Assembly: GCA_964016885.1 (NCBI GenBank)
Contig: OZ024742.1
Coordinates: forward strand, 256,928,001 to 256,992,000
DNA length: 64,000 nucleotides
Reading direction: 5' to 3'
Source of the DNA: Eledone cirrhosa
Taxonomy: Eukaryota
The position numbers were made by a program, and so were the translations under genes. Positions 14,330-28,390 of the stretch are shown here, piece after piece. The notes below the pieces were generated by a model. It did not search any database, was not told the DNA's origin, and was given only the letters and a program-made list of their open reading frames with translations. Position 1 is the stretch's first letter. Every line of letters starts with the position of its first letter.

Positions 14330-14662
14330 ACACTACAAAGGAATTGTTCTAATGCTTAGAATGCCATACACAGGATCATTAATTCGTGGGTTCCACTCCT
14401 GGTTCAGCCAGTGTATTGACTTTTGAGTTACAGTCTAAATTTCATATGGACTCACTCCACTCATCTGGCCAAAATGAGTTGTACCTTTAATTCGAATGGT
14501 CAGTCTTGTCACATACTCTGTCATTCTGTGTCCACATGAGAACTATGTTAGGAATACACCTGTCAGTGAACTGCTCAGCCACTTGCACGTTAATTTCAAG
14601 AACATGCTTTTTCTGTTGATCGTCTCAGCTGGAAATATGGTCGTCGAAACCGACGGTGCTTC
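14330..14662 (+). mobile_element. tRNA-derived SINE (cephalopod-type)
   Basis: B-box-like gggttccactcc, then the core ccactcatctggccaaaatgagttgtacc and the 3' part cagccacttgcacgttaatttc. A related core occurs at 42985-43221. Confidence 0.6.
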
Positions 14663-16724
14663 AACACACACACGAAATGGAAACTAATATAAACATTTGT
14701 ATCACCTTTATGAAGAATGGACATTGATGTAATTCTGCCGAACATAAGGAATATAAGTGTCGTAAACCTTTCATAATTAACAAAAGTCGAACTGAGTTAT
14801 TACCTTTCTCATTAGAGATTGCATATACACCAGTAATGAAAAGATCAATCTGAATGTTTAATTCCAATCTCTGAAAAGAGCATTCAAATGCTTCAGAAGT
14901 AATAAAGCTTTAGTACCATAATCGTAAATCTCTACATGGCGATTTGTGGCAATGCTTCGGAAACAAAAGCACAGCCGGCTAAATATCAATTGTTGTACGG
15001 GAAATTATCTATTATTATGAAACCGAGCAGCAGAAATGGTGAAAACTACAATATCAGAAAATGTGTGATTGATGGAAACAATGTTAACATTATATCGTTT
15101 CTGTTCTTGGAAAATTGAAATGAATCCACACATTGTAGTTTATGTATGAAATGCACCGATCCCCATGAGAGATAGTCAAAGGCAAAACAATTAATATGAC
15201 GTAAATTAATTTAAGATAATATTAGATAATATAGACCTTCAATGCAAAGAGGAGACATATGAAATATATATATATATATATATATATATACTAGTACTGA
15301 GAATAATAATTACCTGAAACCTGTAATGTCACATAGGCACGTTTGTGTTCTTTGAAAGTTGAAAATACGCATCGAGGAAAACAGTATTTAGCAATTGTCC
15401 AAATATATTGATCTTGTGACTTGTAAAGGTTTAAGCTATCTCTTAACAACCTGCATTATGTGTAATATGGTAGCTACTAATAAAGTAATAAAATCAATAT
15501 ATACGCTGGTGTTCAGAGTAAACGAATAGTTAAATCAAAGCATTGGCTTGCAATTCGCAACCTAGGATGATGATTGAAATGCCAAAATATAGAGTGGGAT
15601 AATAAAGGGCTGACTATTAAAAAGGAAGAATCAATGGAAGAATTAGATGTATGAAATGGATAGCCCTCATAAAGATGAGAAAAAATAAAACATTACTAAA
15701 ACGTATTAAAAGAATGTAATACAAACACTTATAGAAATACGATGAGAGAAACTTTTCGAATCCGAAATGAAAAGCGGCCAAGGTAATTTCAACAGCAGGA
15801 GAATACTCTGGGAAAAATATATATGACAGAATAAAAGAAAATGAGAAATCGAGATCAAAGAAACGAGAAAGTAAACTGTGATTCAAATAGCAATTTAAGG
15901 GAAAATGAAGGGAAACCATAGAACGGATGGCGGAATATAACGTATGGAAATAACATAAAAAACAACACAATAACAATGGAAAATATATAAACACATCTCC
16001 ATAAATATGGCGCGGATGCAAAAACGGAAAAAGCAACTACAACCAGATGACGTTGGAAAAATAAATAGGGGAAACACCAACAGGAAGTTAGAAAACAAGG
16101 ACAATTTCATGGAGGTAAAAACAAGAATTTGGATGTTTAGAAATAGGAAATAATAAATGCAGCAAAAACTACGGAAGGATCGTACGGAATATCGTTTGAA
16201 AATTAAACTACAAAAGCGGAATATAAATTAAACTACGGGAAAGAGACGGAAGATATGAATAGCGATTCAACTTAAAATTAGTAAAGAAAAAGATTAAGAC
16301 TGTTCGTGGAAATTACACTGTAGAAGAAATGGCAACATACAGAAAATACTAAAAGATATTAAAAACATAAAATTACATGAGCAAGTAATATGTTTAAATA
16401 ATACTTCGATTGAAAGCAAGTTGTCCCCCAGACAAGTAGGATGTAAATGGATTTATTTTAATCCTGTGAACGTTAATGTAAGAGTTGAGTGTTCTAGAAA
16501 ATAATTATAAATAATAGCAAACTGGAATATTTCAAACTGGAACTACACTAACATTGTCATCTTTATATGGTGGTGAAGAATAATGTGAATGTTCCAGTGA
16601 ATTAAGACTCAGAAGTAAAAGATAATTTCGCATAGAACTTCGTGTATACAAACATACATACCCATACACACAGACACACTTACATACAGACAGACAAACG
16701 GACACACACGCATGCACACATACA

Positions 16725-16741
16725 TACACACACACGCACAC

Positions 16742-16837
<96 letters not shown>

Positions 16838-16855
16838 ACACACACACACACACTC
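16725..16855. repeat. (CA)n microsatellite; also (CT)n at 19277-19408 and (TG)n at 19831-19975
   Basis: Directly visible. Source of the CVCV/THTH/SLSL ORFs. Confidence 0.98.
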
Positions 16856-16871
16856 ACGCACATATATATAG

Positions 16872-16935
16872 TCTAAATTTCATGTTGACTCACTCCACTC
16901 ATCTGGCCAAAATGAGTTGTACCGTTAATTCGAAT
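16872..16935 (+). repeat. Short near-identical copy of SINE segment 14433-14497
   Basis: gtctaaatttcat..gactcactccactcatctggccaaaatgagttgtacc.ttaattcgaat at both sites. Confidence 0.8.
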
Positions 16936-17853
16936 ATATATATATATATATATATAAATATATATATTATGTATGTGATAAGGAAGAAAGCGAAGATAAC
17001 AAAATTTCACTTCATACTGCTTTTTCATTGCATATCAACTGTTACATATGGTTCAGACATGACTGACTAAAGATTTTTAACAAAACAGCTGACTGCAGCA
17101 TCGATCTAGTCGTTCGACGCGTGTACTCAAATCAAACTGTTTTCATCTTACTTCCCTCGAGAAAATCATCTGTGAAACATTTGTAACTTTCGATATACAA
17201 TATAAATATTATATATTGAATCTTCCTTGTCATATACATGACATATATACTCTGTTTTAGCATCGAATGCGCATGTTGGCGCCACCTCTAGTAAAGAAGT
17301 TACTGAATAACATATAAATATTGACCTGAAAATTAAGAGTTTCTAAGGATAAAAACATCTTATTATACGTACGACTCATTAGCAAAATGAGTGTAATCGA
17401 TAAATTCGATAAATTAAGCAGAGATTTGTATCAACCTCATAAGGAATAAGAAACTATTAAAGTATCCTTTAGAGTGGATGTATGAGAAGTAATCATATTT
17501 ACTCAAGTTAAACGTTATGTAAGGTATACTACCTATTACGTAATTACATTAAGAAGAATAACGTTATTATTAAAGACACATGGAAGATAAAGTGTAACTA
17601 TTTATAATGAATAAATAAATTATTTGATAAGTGGTTATTAACAGATTTTATTTAAACATTACTATAGAGTAAAAAAAAAAATACAGCCAACCATATATAT
17701 ATATATTTATTGACTATATGTTGGTTGTTTACCGACACCTGAGTATGCAGATTGGAGCACTCAACGAGTACGCAGGTTGGTTTAGTTACTCCGGAATAAT
17801 GTAAAATAATTAAGTCAAATATTTAAAATTTGGCTTCGTTTATTAAAGATATA

Positions 17854-17906
17854 CTGCTATGTATATTTCGGTGACAGCTATTATTGGCTGTGACCTCTTC
17901 AGGCAG
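17854..17906 (-). ncRNA. Type-I HHR in a PLE-type repeat (17705-~18030; family also at 35000-35538 and 42140-42370)
   Basis: Reverse complement: CTGC-CTGAAGA-GGTCACAGCC aataa TAGCTGTCACC-GAAA-TATACA-TA-GCAG. Confidence 0.85.
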
Positions 17907-18287
17907 TCCGGATTGGTGTATTAGAGACAGGTACACATGTTGTTGAAGTGTGTTTTACTCCGTCAATACTCGGATATCTCCAGCTCCTGGTTGCCTTGTT
18001 ATTTCTCAAAGGAAATGGAATCATATGAATTCGAACAAACGAATTCCGGCGTCATGTGACACTCTCTCATCTCATTGGTCAGTTGTGAGAACATTCCTCA
18101 GTCAAAGGTCTACAGAAATATTTCTGAGGCAAGACAATTTGCTGTGGTGGTTTTTGTTTAAGTACAACTGACCACCTCCATTGTGTTGGTAGTGGTAGTG
18201 GTGTTAATGGGCCAGCTGGCAGGACAGCTTTGGTTTGTTGCTGCTATGTTCAGAAGAATGTGTGTGTGGGGTTGGCATCTATCCTTA

Positions 18288-18543
18288 CACCCTTCCTTTC
18301 CTCCACATGGTTCTTCTGAGTGCTTATATTGCCAGCTTCTGGTTGTGTGTGGTTTTTAAGTCTACCCCTATTGATGCTAGCTATGTGTTGGTCTACATTT
18401 CGCGTGGTAGGTCTCGTATTCTACCACGCGAAATGTAGCCCAGCACATAGTTAGCATCAATAGGGGTAGACCTGAAAACCACACACATCCAGAAGCTGGC
18501 AAAATAAGCTCCCAGCAGAACCATGTGGAGAAAAGGAAGGGTG
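18288..18543. repeat. Hairpin inverted repeat (arms 18288-18410 / 18421-18543, 10-nt loop)
   Basis: ctacatttcgcgtggtag-gtctcgtatt-ctaccacgcgaaatgtag, extending outward with scattered mismatches. Confidence 0.92.
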
Positions 18544-18820
18544 GACCCCTTACCCACCCGATGAACCCAAACAGACCCAGTGACCCCCACCGGGCCCGTA
18601 GGAGGACCACCATATAATACGCTACGGGAACACCACATTAGACACTTGGGGGTCTACCATCTCCTGCAACTGCAGAAACCCCACATTATGCCCCCTTAGT
18701 AATGAATGCCTAAGGAAGAACTTAATATACGGATGTAGAGTAAAACCCCCCAACTCTGAACACCTTTACATACGAGCCACATCAGCGGCCTTCAAAGACC
18801 GATGGTTTTCCAGAATTTAG

Positions 18821-19050
18821 GGAAAAAGACCTGACGGTCTTACCCTGTGCCCCTGGTTAAGAGACAGGTGCTTTATCTGGGACACCACAGTTAGAGACAC
18901 TTCTACACTTTCCCTGTTCCTGCATGCAGCGGTAAGGGCGTGATCTAATGCAACCGCAATTGAACGGATTAAAATAAAAAATACCATGATCTGTCGGCTA
19001 ACTGCAATTCCCGGGGCAGTCGAGTTCGGTACATTTAGAGGGATCGAGAT
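18821..19050 (+). pseudogene. Restriction-like endonuclease (RLE) fragment of a CRE/R2-superfamily non-LTR element
   Basis: Translation from 18821 gives GKRPDGLTLCPWLRDRCFIWDTTVRDT, matching RPDG..PW..G+.L.WD.T..DT. It is followed by a stop, a frameshift and a K..KY-like motif. Confidence 0.7.
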
Positions 19051-19270
19051 ACTGACTGCGAGGGTCTTATCTTCATGGTGTTTCGCCTAACCGGGCTAAC
19101 CGAGGTAAATTTCCCTTTCCTTTGTATATATTATATTTGCTTCTGTTTTCGTTCTGTAACAATTATATTTTCATTTTTTTTTTAATACTTATAAATGTAT
19201 GTATTTGCACATACACATACACGTCAGCGTGTTGAAAAGTCCTGATCTCTTCATGTTTCTCTTTCACACA

Positions 19271-19410
<140 letters not shown>

Positions 19411-19827
19411 ATATATATATGTGTGTGTGTGTATGTGTGTGTATATGTGTGTGTGTCATATAGTCTCTTTATCTGTCTGTATCGCTCTCTTCACACACTC
19501 TCTCTCTCTCTTCCTCGCTCTGTCTCTCTCTATATATATATGACAGTTGAAGTGGTGGTGGTGGTGATATGCCGGAATGTTGAAATTTGAAACTTTTAAA
19601 AGAAGTGAATCTTGAAATAAGCAATACATTAAATTATGTAATGTTTAATCATGGGTTAAACAATTCAGTAGAGAAATTATGAAAACATTCATTCATTATT
19701 TAATCAAATTAATCCAACTTATTTTCCTAACGGGATAAACTTATAAAACGGACACTGTTCCGCACTTCCCCTTTATTAAATTATATTATTTTATATCATA
19801 TATAAATATATATATATATATATATAT

Positions 19828-19921
<94 letters not shown>

Positions 19922-21408
19922 GTGTGTGTGTGTGTATGTGTGTGTGTGTGCGTGTGTGTGTGTGTGCGTGTGTGCACGCGCGTTTGTGCGCACGTAAGTG
20001 CATCTGCGTTCGAATCGGATCGGAGACGCTTGGCGCGAAACACGATCATTGACAAATAGTGTGCAAAGAGAAGCCCCTATGGTTGATTTCATACTTGCAA
20101 GAAATAGTACTCAGCATACCTGGATTGTTTTTCTTCTCCGATTCAAACAGAATTAGTATTAATAATCCATCCTGAGTATATATATTCCCTTATTCCATTG
20201 GTGTACTTACTTTTCGATTATCAATAAAAACATACACTCGTGCGCATACCAGATACAAGAAATATACAATGGTAGAGTAAAATAGAATAAAATCAAACAC
20301 CCAGTAACAAGCAGCGGCATTGAGGATGTCACGATATGTGATGAAATAGTTTTGAAAAAGATCGTGACAATTAACAAATAAATAACCATCTGGTTATTAA
20401 ACTAAGAGATAAATGGATTAGGTACCCGACTAATCATGAAGTGAAGCAAAATCAAACCGGTGCGTTTATTTTTATAATTGCACCATGACCCTCCCAAAAT
20501 ATAACAACATGATTTCTTACATTAAAAGTCTTGCGACAAAAAGTTAAATGCATATATATATATATAGTATTAAGGATACTATTTATGGTTATGTATATAA
20601 TAAAACCTTTTATGGCTATATATCTTTTTTATACAAACCCCAAATTAGTTAAAACATCATATGATAGGCATTTATTTGAAACACCATTAATGTAATTTAG
20701 GATAATAAATTTAACTAAGAAAATCAGCTAGTTACCTCCCCTTACGCATTAACTCCCCTTGGTCACACACACACTTCCGGAATATAATATCATCTCACAA
20801 AACTAAACAACATGATCTATTAATTAAAAATCGACAAGATATGGTTTATAACTTGGTTCTATGCTGATCCATCGTGGATTGTATGATAGACCTGTAGTCT
20901 ATATATTGCGTTTCATGGATTATGTGAGTGGTGGTGTGCGCAAAGACAGTGGTACTGTTTTGCCTAGTTATAATATGTTTTATAATATGTTTGATGTTTT
21001 TGATATTTTGGTGTTTCTCTACATTATGGATTGTATATCATACAGGTGTATGCGAAGAAATGATTTAACAATACAGCCCGCATAATACTATCGATTGCAT
21101 GCTTTAACTGCCTGATCCTACAAGTAACAATCTGCCGCACTCTAATCCTGTATAAATAAGACACGCATGCTTGCTACACGTGAGATTGTTTCATACACTG
21201 ACTTCTCTAAACTTTCCTCTTGCTTTATCTTCATAAACTGCCAATGTTTCATTTTTATTTCTATTTTTATCCTTTAACCTTTATATGTAAATTGCCATGC
21301 TATATCATTATGGTGGATGTCATCCCACTGTGGGTCAATATATGCATATGTTTTTATATGTCTCTTGTGTTGAAAAGGAGGTCAAGTATGTTATAGATCA
21401 CTAAATAG

Positions 21409-21456
21409 TTGCTCCGAAGAATCCAAACCTCGTTTGGAGGAAACAATTGTAAGCAA
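21409..21456 (+). ncRNA. Type-I HHR with a core variant (CCGAAGA)
   Basis: TTGCT-CCGAAGA-A-TCCAAAC ctc GTTTGGA-G-GAAA-CAATTG-TA-AGCAA, then AATAAA and a TA tract. Confidence 0.75.
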
Positions 21457-21527
21457 ATAAATGATTTAAACTGAACTTTGATTATTCTAATCTCTATATA
21501 TATATATATCTCTCTCTCTCTCTCTCA

Positions 21528-21564
<37 letters not shown>

Positions 21565-22139
21565 ATATATATATAGACTGGTGTGTGTGGATGTGTATGT
21601 GTGATTACTCTTCATCAATGCAGTTTACTGTTCACCTGCCCAGTGTCAGAGCTAGTAAATATATACGATATTTTCTGAAATATACAGTGTCTGATCGGTT
21701 TGATTTGCTTATTAGCAGATTCGCTGCTCAGTCAGATCTGCTTATTAGCATATCCTCTGACCAGCCAGATTTGCATATCAGCAGCTAAGCCAGTCACTTT
21801 CATGTATACGGGAGATTAATGGCCGGCTTTGACATATTGAAATAACTAACATATAGATATCGGTCTACATCGCTGAATATTATAAATGTAATTTGAGTTT
21901 TTCGAATAGTAATGATAATATTTGATTCGTTTGCAATTAAGGAAACAGCCTCTTTTAAGCCATGTCAATCGAATATTATTATTAATATATGTAAACCTCA
22001 GGTTACATATACTGTATTCAGCCAGGTAGAGCGATAACTGTCCGTTATACATACACACACACACATACACACACACACAGATATATATGTATATATATAT
22101 GTGTATTTATATATATATATATCACATACGAAACGCAGT

Positions 22140-22369
22140 GTTAAAATTTATTAGACATATTACAATCGTTTCTCTGGCGACCAGCACGAGGCACGATCGA
22201 TGCGATGGTTGAACTTGATTCTTCGAACCAGAGTTTCCAAACTCTGCTTCGAAGAATCGAGACGTATCTGAGGATCTTGCGATTTCATAGTCAGGTTCGA
22301 GCATCGCATCGTTCGTGCCTCGAGCTAGTCGCCACAAGAACGATTGTAATATGTCTAATAAATGTTAAC
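22140..22369. repeat. Fold-back element (arms ~22140-22218 / ~22290-22369) with a degenerate HHR on + (22261-22355)
   Basis: GACGTAT-CTGAGGA...GAAC GATT GTA-ATATGTC. The left arm retains GAAAC. Hairpin at the junction (22217-22258). Confidence 0.75.
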
Positions 22370-22472
22370 CCGTCGCATCACTGATTCTCCGTTTCTTATG
22401 TGATATCATTGAGTGATATCATCGAGTGCTCAAACGGCCTACCGCTTACGGACGCTTTAAGCATCCCACACC

Positions 22473-22540
<68 letters not shown>

Positions 22541-22606
22541 GGTGTGGGATGCCTAAAGAATTCAACCATCAAGACAGTTGAGGTATATCATACATCAATT
22601 CATGTA

Positions 22607-22667
22607 TTTTATCTGATGAGGACGTACTGAAAAACAGCACAGTACCTCCGAAATATATATAATAAAA
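22607..22667 (+). ncRNA. Type-I HHR
   Basis: TTTTAT-CTGATGA-GG..GTACTG loop CAGTAC..CC-GAAA-TATATA-TA-ATAAAA. Related to 29922-29982. Confidence 0.85.
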
Positions 22668-22716
22668 CATATTTTGATTATGTGAACGTCTTCATTAAAT
22701 AATATCTTGAATAATA

Positions 22717-22793
<77 letters not shown>

Positions 22794-23159
22794 TTGCTAC
22801 AATGTTTTCTATACCTTTCACTTATATATATATATATAATATATTTAATACATTAACAGAGAAATCTTTAAGCGATACTCCGACCAAGTCCATCTCACTC
22901 AACAAACATTAGGATATACCTAAATATAATCCCAATTAATTGCTTGGGGTGCTAACTATACAGTATTTCGTAGAAAGTTGGTTGTATTATTTTATATGAG
23001 ACATAATTAAATAAATCTCTCTTTCTTTCCATACAATCGTTTAGTTATAAGATTTCTACAAGTTGGGATAAATAATGTCCAAGTTACGTAGAAACTTGTA
23101 TATAATCCATAGACACACGCACACACACCACACACACACACACACACACTCACACACAC

Positions 23160-23299
<140 letters not shown>

Positions 23300-23409
23300 C
23301 ACTGTGTCTATATCTAGACCTCGCCACTGACGCGAACCTAAATATCGAGTGCTAACCTACGTGAACGTAACTTCTCGTTACACTCCCTGGATATATATAT
23401 ATATATATA

Positions 23410-24690
23410 TATATATCTGTGCATGTGTGTGTGTGAATTGAGAAGACGTGCTGACTGTCGATATATTCCCCGAGATTTTAGGCGTAATATAATATAATTT
23501 GTTTGCGTCTATTAACTGAAGGGTTTCTAGGTACTGTGTGAATATAGTAGTAGGATACTGGTGGGTCATATCCGTAGTAGTAGAGAACTCAGTCCATGGG
23601 ACGAGTTTGCTAGTATTAGTTCCACAACAGCTTCAACTTATTTGCATCATCAGCTCGGTTAAAATGATATTATACGTAAAAGGGAAAATAATTGTACGAA
23701 TACGCATGTGCAGAAGAAGTCAGGTCGCAAAGGGAAGAAACTCACGTAGGATCGGTCGCAGGGAGACTCCGGTGAAAATTCACTCCTTGAATTTAGACAA
23801 GCAGTATTACACAAATTATGCAGTTTATTGATTTTTTCTTCAATGCACAGCCCACAAAACGTATTCTCATGTTCGTGTAGCATAGACATAATAATAACAT
23901 TCCATTGTATGGATTAATCCACGCCTGTGGCCCGCAAACTTAGTAGACGTTCGTTTGTCCGGGTGTCTGAATGTCGAGAGTTGATTCAGAAAGCCTTCTT
24001 TAGTCCGGCTCTCCGCCATAACTACATAGAATTTGACCTCTTATTGTTGTTTTGATCGGTCAGAAGAGACAACATCTTCTTAAATTAGAGCGGATGTGTT
24101 GCACTGTAGTTGAAGGGGACAAACTTCAGGCCTTCAAGAAGAGCATCCACGTGGGCACTGCCGTTAGGGTGGTTAGTTATGTGGGCATTCATATTTCTAA
24201 CACAAGAGTACCCTAGCTTCCCCCTGTGAATGTTAAAGATCGAGCAGTATTTATGACCTATGGGGAAGTGCCTATCCAAGAGAGCTAAACATATTTTACC
24301 TCCATTATTTTTAACATTAAGTGTGAAGGGAGGGGGCAAATTATATCCCTATTAGCACGATTTTTCTATTCTTGTTGACGGTAGTAGGGGAGTAAAGAAT
24401 TGCTCGTGATAGCCGCTCTTAGCTAACGCCGCGTTGTAATAGGGTGCCGGTCTGTCAAAGCTTGCTTTATTAGAAGACAGGTTACAGATTCTAGTGCCGA
24501 TATATTTCACGAAGATTATGAAAACATTGGGTGGGTGGCATGGGTCCGTGTGTATGGAATTTAGTTTTTCCTTTAGATTTTGGACTGGTCTAAATGTATG
24601 TGTGCGAATATCTAAATTTGTGTCTCAGTAATCTACGCTAGTAAGGTTAGCAGCTTTTGTGATCCTAAGTCATAAAGCAGTAAAGGTTGC
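23410..24690 (-). mobile_element. Decayed 3' portion of a second Penelope-like element lineage, with a degenerate HHR (~23593-23658)
   Basis: Minus-strand motifs HPPNV..., PPFTLNVKNNGGKICLALLDRHFP..H..CSIFN...LGYSCVRNM...ITNH, typical of the PLE post-RT region. CTGATGA...AAA CTCG TC lies downstream. Flanked by (TA)n. Confidence 0.75.
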
Positions 24691-24771
<81 letters not shown>

Positions 24772-24885
24772 TAAGAGGAATTCCAACTTTGTCTGATTTA
24801 CTCGTTTTATTTACAATCCTTTAAAATATATATAATGGTATTATAATGAAATAGTATGATAGAATATTAAATTCTAAGTGTTAAT

Positions 24886-24924
24886 TGAACAAGTACTTTC
24901 ATGCTTTCGCAATCTTCAGGTTCA
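24886..24924 (-). ncRNA. Type-I HHR in the 3' terminal repeat of the PLE
   Basis: Reverse complement: TGAAC-CTGAAGA-T-TGC gaaa GCA-T-GAAA-GTAC-TT-GTTCA. It lies ~375 nt downstream of the GIY-YIG stop codon. Confidence 0.88.
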
Positions 24925-25299
24925 TGATATGTGGTGACAGTCGAGTTTGCAATTTTCAACTGTAATGAGATGGGTAAATTTCCTACCTTTTATACATTTT
25001 ATACAGAGAAAAGTGGCTCCAGAATGCAAAGCCCTGTAAACTGTATTTCGACCAATCAGTGTGTAGTTTCACTGAATTACTACAGCTGATTGGTTTAAGC
25101 GTCACGGCTGGTTGAGCATGCTAACGACCAATAGTCATATCCAACGTATCAATTGTTTTGCTTTTTTGAAATGATGAAAATAGCATTTTCTATTAATCAT
25201 CACCATCAACATCACTTTTATTATTATTATTGTTGTTGTTGTTGTTGTTGTTAGTGGTCGTGGTCATAGTGGTAGTAGAAGTAATACCCCTGGGCGTTA

Positions 25300-28200
25300 T
25301 TATTGTTCATTTAGCTTGGGTTTGAATTTATCAATAAAATTCTTTTCTTTGATTTTTCTCTTGATTTCATTTGGGCTGTGTAATTTGTAGAATGGGAATA
25401 TTATAAATATTCCCTGACCACATGTTGCCAGGTGGCCGCTTAGGGGTATCTGACGGACATTTGGGTCTCTGATTTGTTGACGGTGTACCCGTGCACGTTC
25501 CGATAGTGCATTTCCAGTTTGACCGACATATAGTTCTTCACAATTCGGGCATTTAATGCAGTAAATTAGATTTCTGCTTTTGCAGTTCATATTTGCATTT
25601 GTGAATATTTTTCCAGTTTTTGTTTTCATATATTGACCGGCGTGTATGGATTGACATGTGCCGCATCGATTATCATTGCATTTAGATACAGTGAATGATT
25701 GGTCTTTGTTGTTAAGGTCAAACTTTGCTTTTGTTAGCAATTGCTTCAAATTTTTTGGCTGTCTTTTACTAAGAGTCAAAGATCGATCTGTGATTAAGCC
25801 TTTTAATTCATTACTTTGAGCAATGATCGGTAGGTTTGCTTTGGCAGTGTTGAAGATATTCTGGTGACATGGGTTGTGTGTCATTATAAATGGTATGACC
25901 AGTTCTTGGTTTCTTCTTCTTTGGGTTGTTCTAAGTTGTTGTATAGGTATTTTTATAGCCCGCTGTATGCCATTTTCTATAAGTAGAGATGGGTATTTTT
26001 GTTTGAGCAAAAATTCTCTTAGTTCTGTTAGGCGTTTGTACCTGGTATTCGTATCTTCTACAATGGTACAAATTCTTCTGGCTAGGCAGTATGGGATGTT
26101 GCGTTTTGTATGAGGTGGATGGCACGACTTAAAATTCAGATATTGATGGGTGTCTGTGTGTTTATAATATATATCCGTGGTAATGGTGGTGTCGTTTTTG
26201 ATTATCATTATATCTAGGAATGGTAATTTGGTCCTACTCATCTCTTTTGTGAATTGGAGAGATGGGTGTAGGTTATTCAGGAGGATATTGAACTCATCCA
26301 GAGTATCTAGAGATTCTGTCCAGATGATGAAACAGTCGTCAAGGTATCTCTTCCAAGATTTTTCAATGTACTTTCTAAAGTCAGTACTATATTTTTCCTC
26401 TATTTCTTGGTAGAGTTGTTGTTCTAAGTATCCCATTACAGGGTTCGCGTAAACGGGAGCAAACTTCGTTCCCATCGCTGTGCCTCTAATTTGGATGTAA
26501 TTCTTTCCATTGAAGAAGAAAGTGTTGTTTTCCAGAATAAGTTTAACTGCGTCTAATATAAATGGCGCTGTGAATCTAATGGGAATCACTTCTCTATGTT
26601 TTTCCACCCAGTATTTAACCGCCTTTATTCCTAAATCATGTGTAATGTTGGTGTAAAGGCTTACCACATCAAAACTGAGTAGAAGTGAATTCGTTTCCGT
26701 GGTTTTGGGAAGATGGGACAGGAAGTCGATATCATCCCGGATGAAACTGGGTATGTGAATACATAGTGGTTTCAAAATAATGTCAACAAAATTGCTTAGA
26801 CGGTGAGTGGGGCATGTTGGACCAGCTATAATAGGTCTAAGTTTTAAGTCTTTTGGGTGTAATAATTTAATGTACTCACTGTTTTGTTCTCTTACTGCCA
26901 GTTGTATTTCTTTTGACTTGTGAACTTTCGGTAGGCATACAGGTTGCTGGGTTTCGGCTCAAAATTGGTGATGTAGTCTCTTTCCTTATCAGTAAATGAG
27001 TTGTGGTATTTTGAAGCCAGGTTGTTGATCTTCTTCATGATGTTGTGGTCTATATTTGACGGTATTTCATGATAGAATGTTGTGTCTTTCAGTTGTTCCT
27101 CAACCAAATCCTTGTAGTATTCAGTATCCATTATAACAACTGCACCCCCTTTATCTGCTTGTTTAATTATTATTGTTTTATCATTTTGTATACGTTTAAG
27201 TGCAGACATTTCTGATTTGTTAATGTTTGGCCTAACATTAGTATTATGTCTAAGAGGAAATTTAGACAGGATGTCAATGTATTGGTCGAGATAGATATTT
27301 CTTCCTTTTGGCGGAGTGAAATTTGATTTATTCTTTACTAGTGATTCATCACTCTCATTATTTTTATCAGCGAAGAATTCTACAAGACGTAATTTTCGAC
27401 AGAATTCTTGGGTATCCTCCTTCAGTTCTTGGTGGTTGACTGTTGGAGTCGGTGTGAATTTCAGTCCTTTTGACAGAATTTGCATTTCATCATTGTCAAG
27501 ATCTCTTTTAGATAAATTAATTATTTTAGGATCTACGTGTACAGCTGTTTTGGGTATGTTTCCTCCTGGAGTTTTTCTTTTTCCGGTTTTTGTTGTCCTG
27601 GCGTTAAACAATGAATTTTTCTCTGTTCAGGATTTATATTCCTGTTGGTGTTCGCTTGATGAACTTTTGGTCGTGATATTATATTTGGTTTCGTTATGTA
27701 TTTTGTCCTATTTTTGGTATTCTGTATATTATTTTTCTTCCTGTTAGCATTATTTTTAACAATCTGGGAAAATGACCTAGGTTTGCTTTCAGGTTTAGAT
27801 CGTTTTTTCGTCCAGTTTCTTGTGGGCAATCTCTGTTGAGATCTTGAGAGTGATCTGGTTATTCTACGTTTTGTTTCCACATTCCTTGTTGGTAGTCTCT
27901 GTTGAGATCTTGAGAATGATCTCCTGGTTTTACTACTTCTCATGGTCTGGTCAAAGGAATACCTATCGTGTTTGTGCTTTTTGTTCATGTTGTGTGCGAT
28001 AGGGTGTTTTTGTAGAAAAAGCGAAGAGTTATTACCGTAGTTCTTCTTTGATTCAAGGTAAGGTGAGTGTTTGTGTTGGCACGTGTTCTGGCGTATGTTG
28101 TGTTGATGAGATTGTCCACTTTTAATGCTTTTTCTCAGGGTTCCAGAGTCTTTACCGTAATTTGCAGCATATTCATCGAGAAATAATTGTTTCTGCTGAC

Positions 28201-28390
28201 ATACCTTTCTTGATTTGTTTTCTTCTTTTGAGATATCTCCGATCCATAGTTCTCGTAGTTTTTCAGCTATAATACCAGTCGTTAGCTTTGAAATTTCAAC
28301 TTCAATTTGGTCATCAATAGCTTCATATTTGGCTTTGTAGCGGGATTGTTTACATTCAGAAATGGAGATGTCGGTCCTGAATTTTGTCAA
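25300..28390 (-). pseudogene. PLE polyprotein: basic/RS-rich N-terminus, RT, Cys linker and GIY-YIG endonuclease; about 2 frameshifts
   Basis: LSKGLKFTP, IKQADKGGAVVIMD, frameshift near 26935 (restores YGLPKVHK), RPII, SFDVVSLYTNI, GTAMGTKFAP, RYLDD, LPFLD, CNDNRCGTC, NLIYCIKCPNCEELYVGQTG. Confidence 0.95.

Noticed and set aside
15600-16450. Purine-rich strand-biased tract, possibly a very old LINE
   Set aside because: No convincing RT or endonuclease motif could be read by eye.
21700-21795. Three degenerate ~33-bp tandem units (gat.tgcttattagca)
   Set aside because: Short decayed minisatellite with no further structure or function evident.
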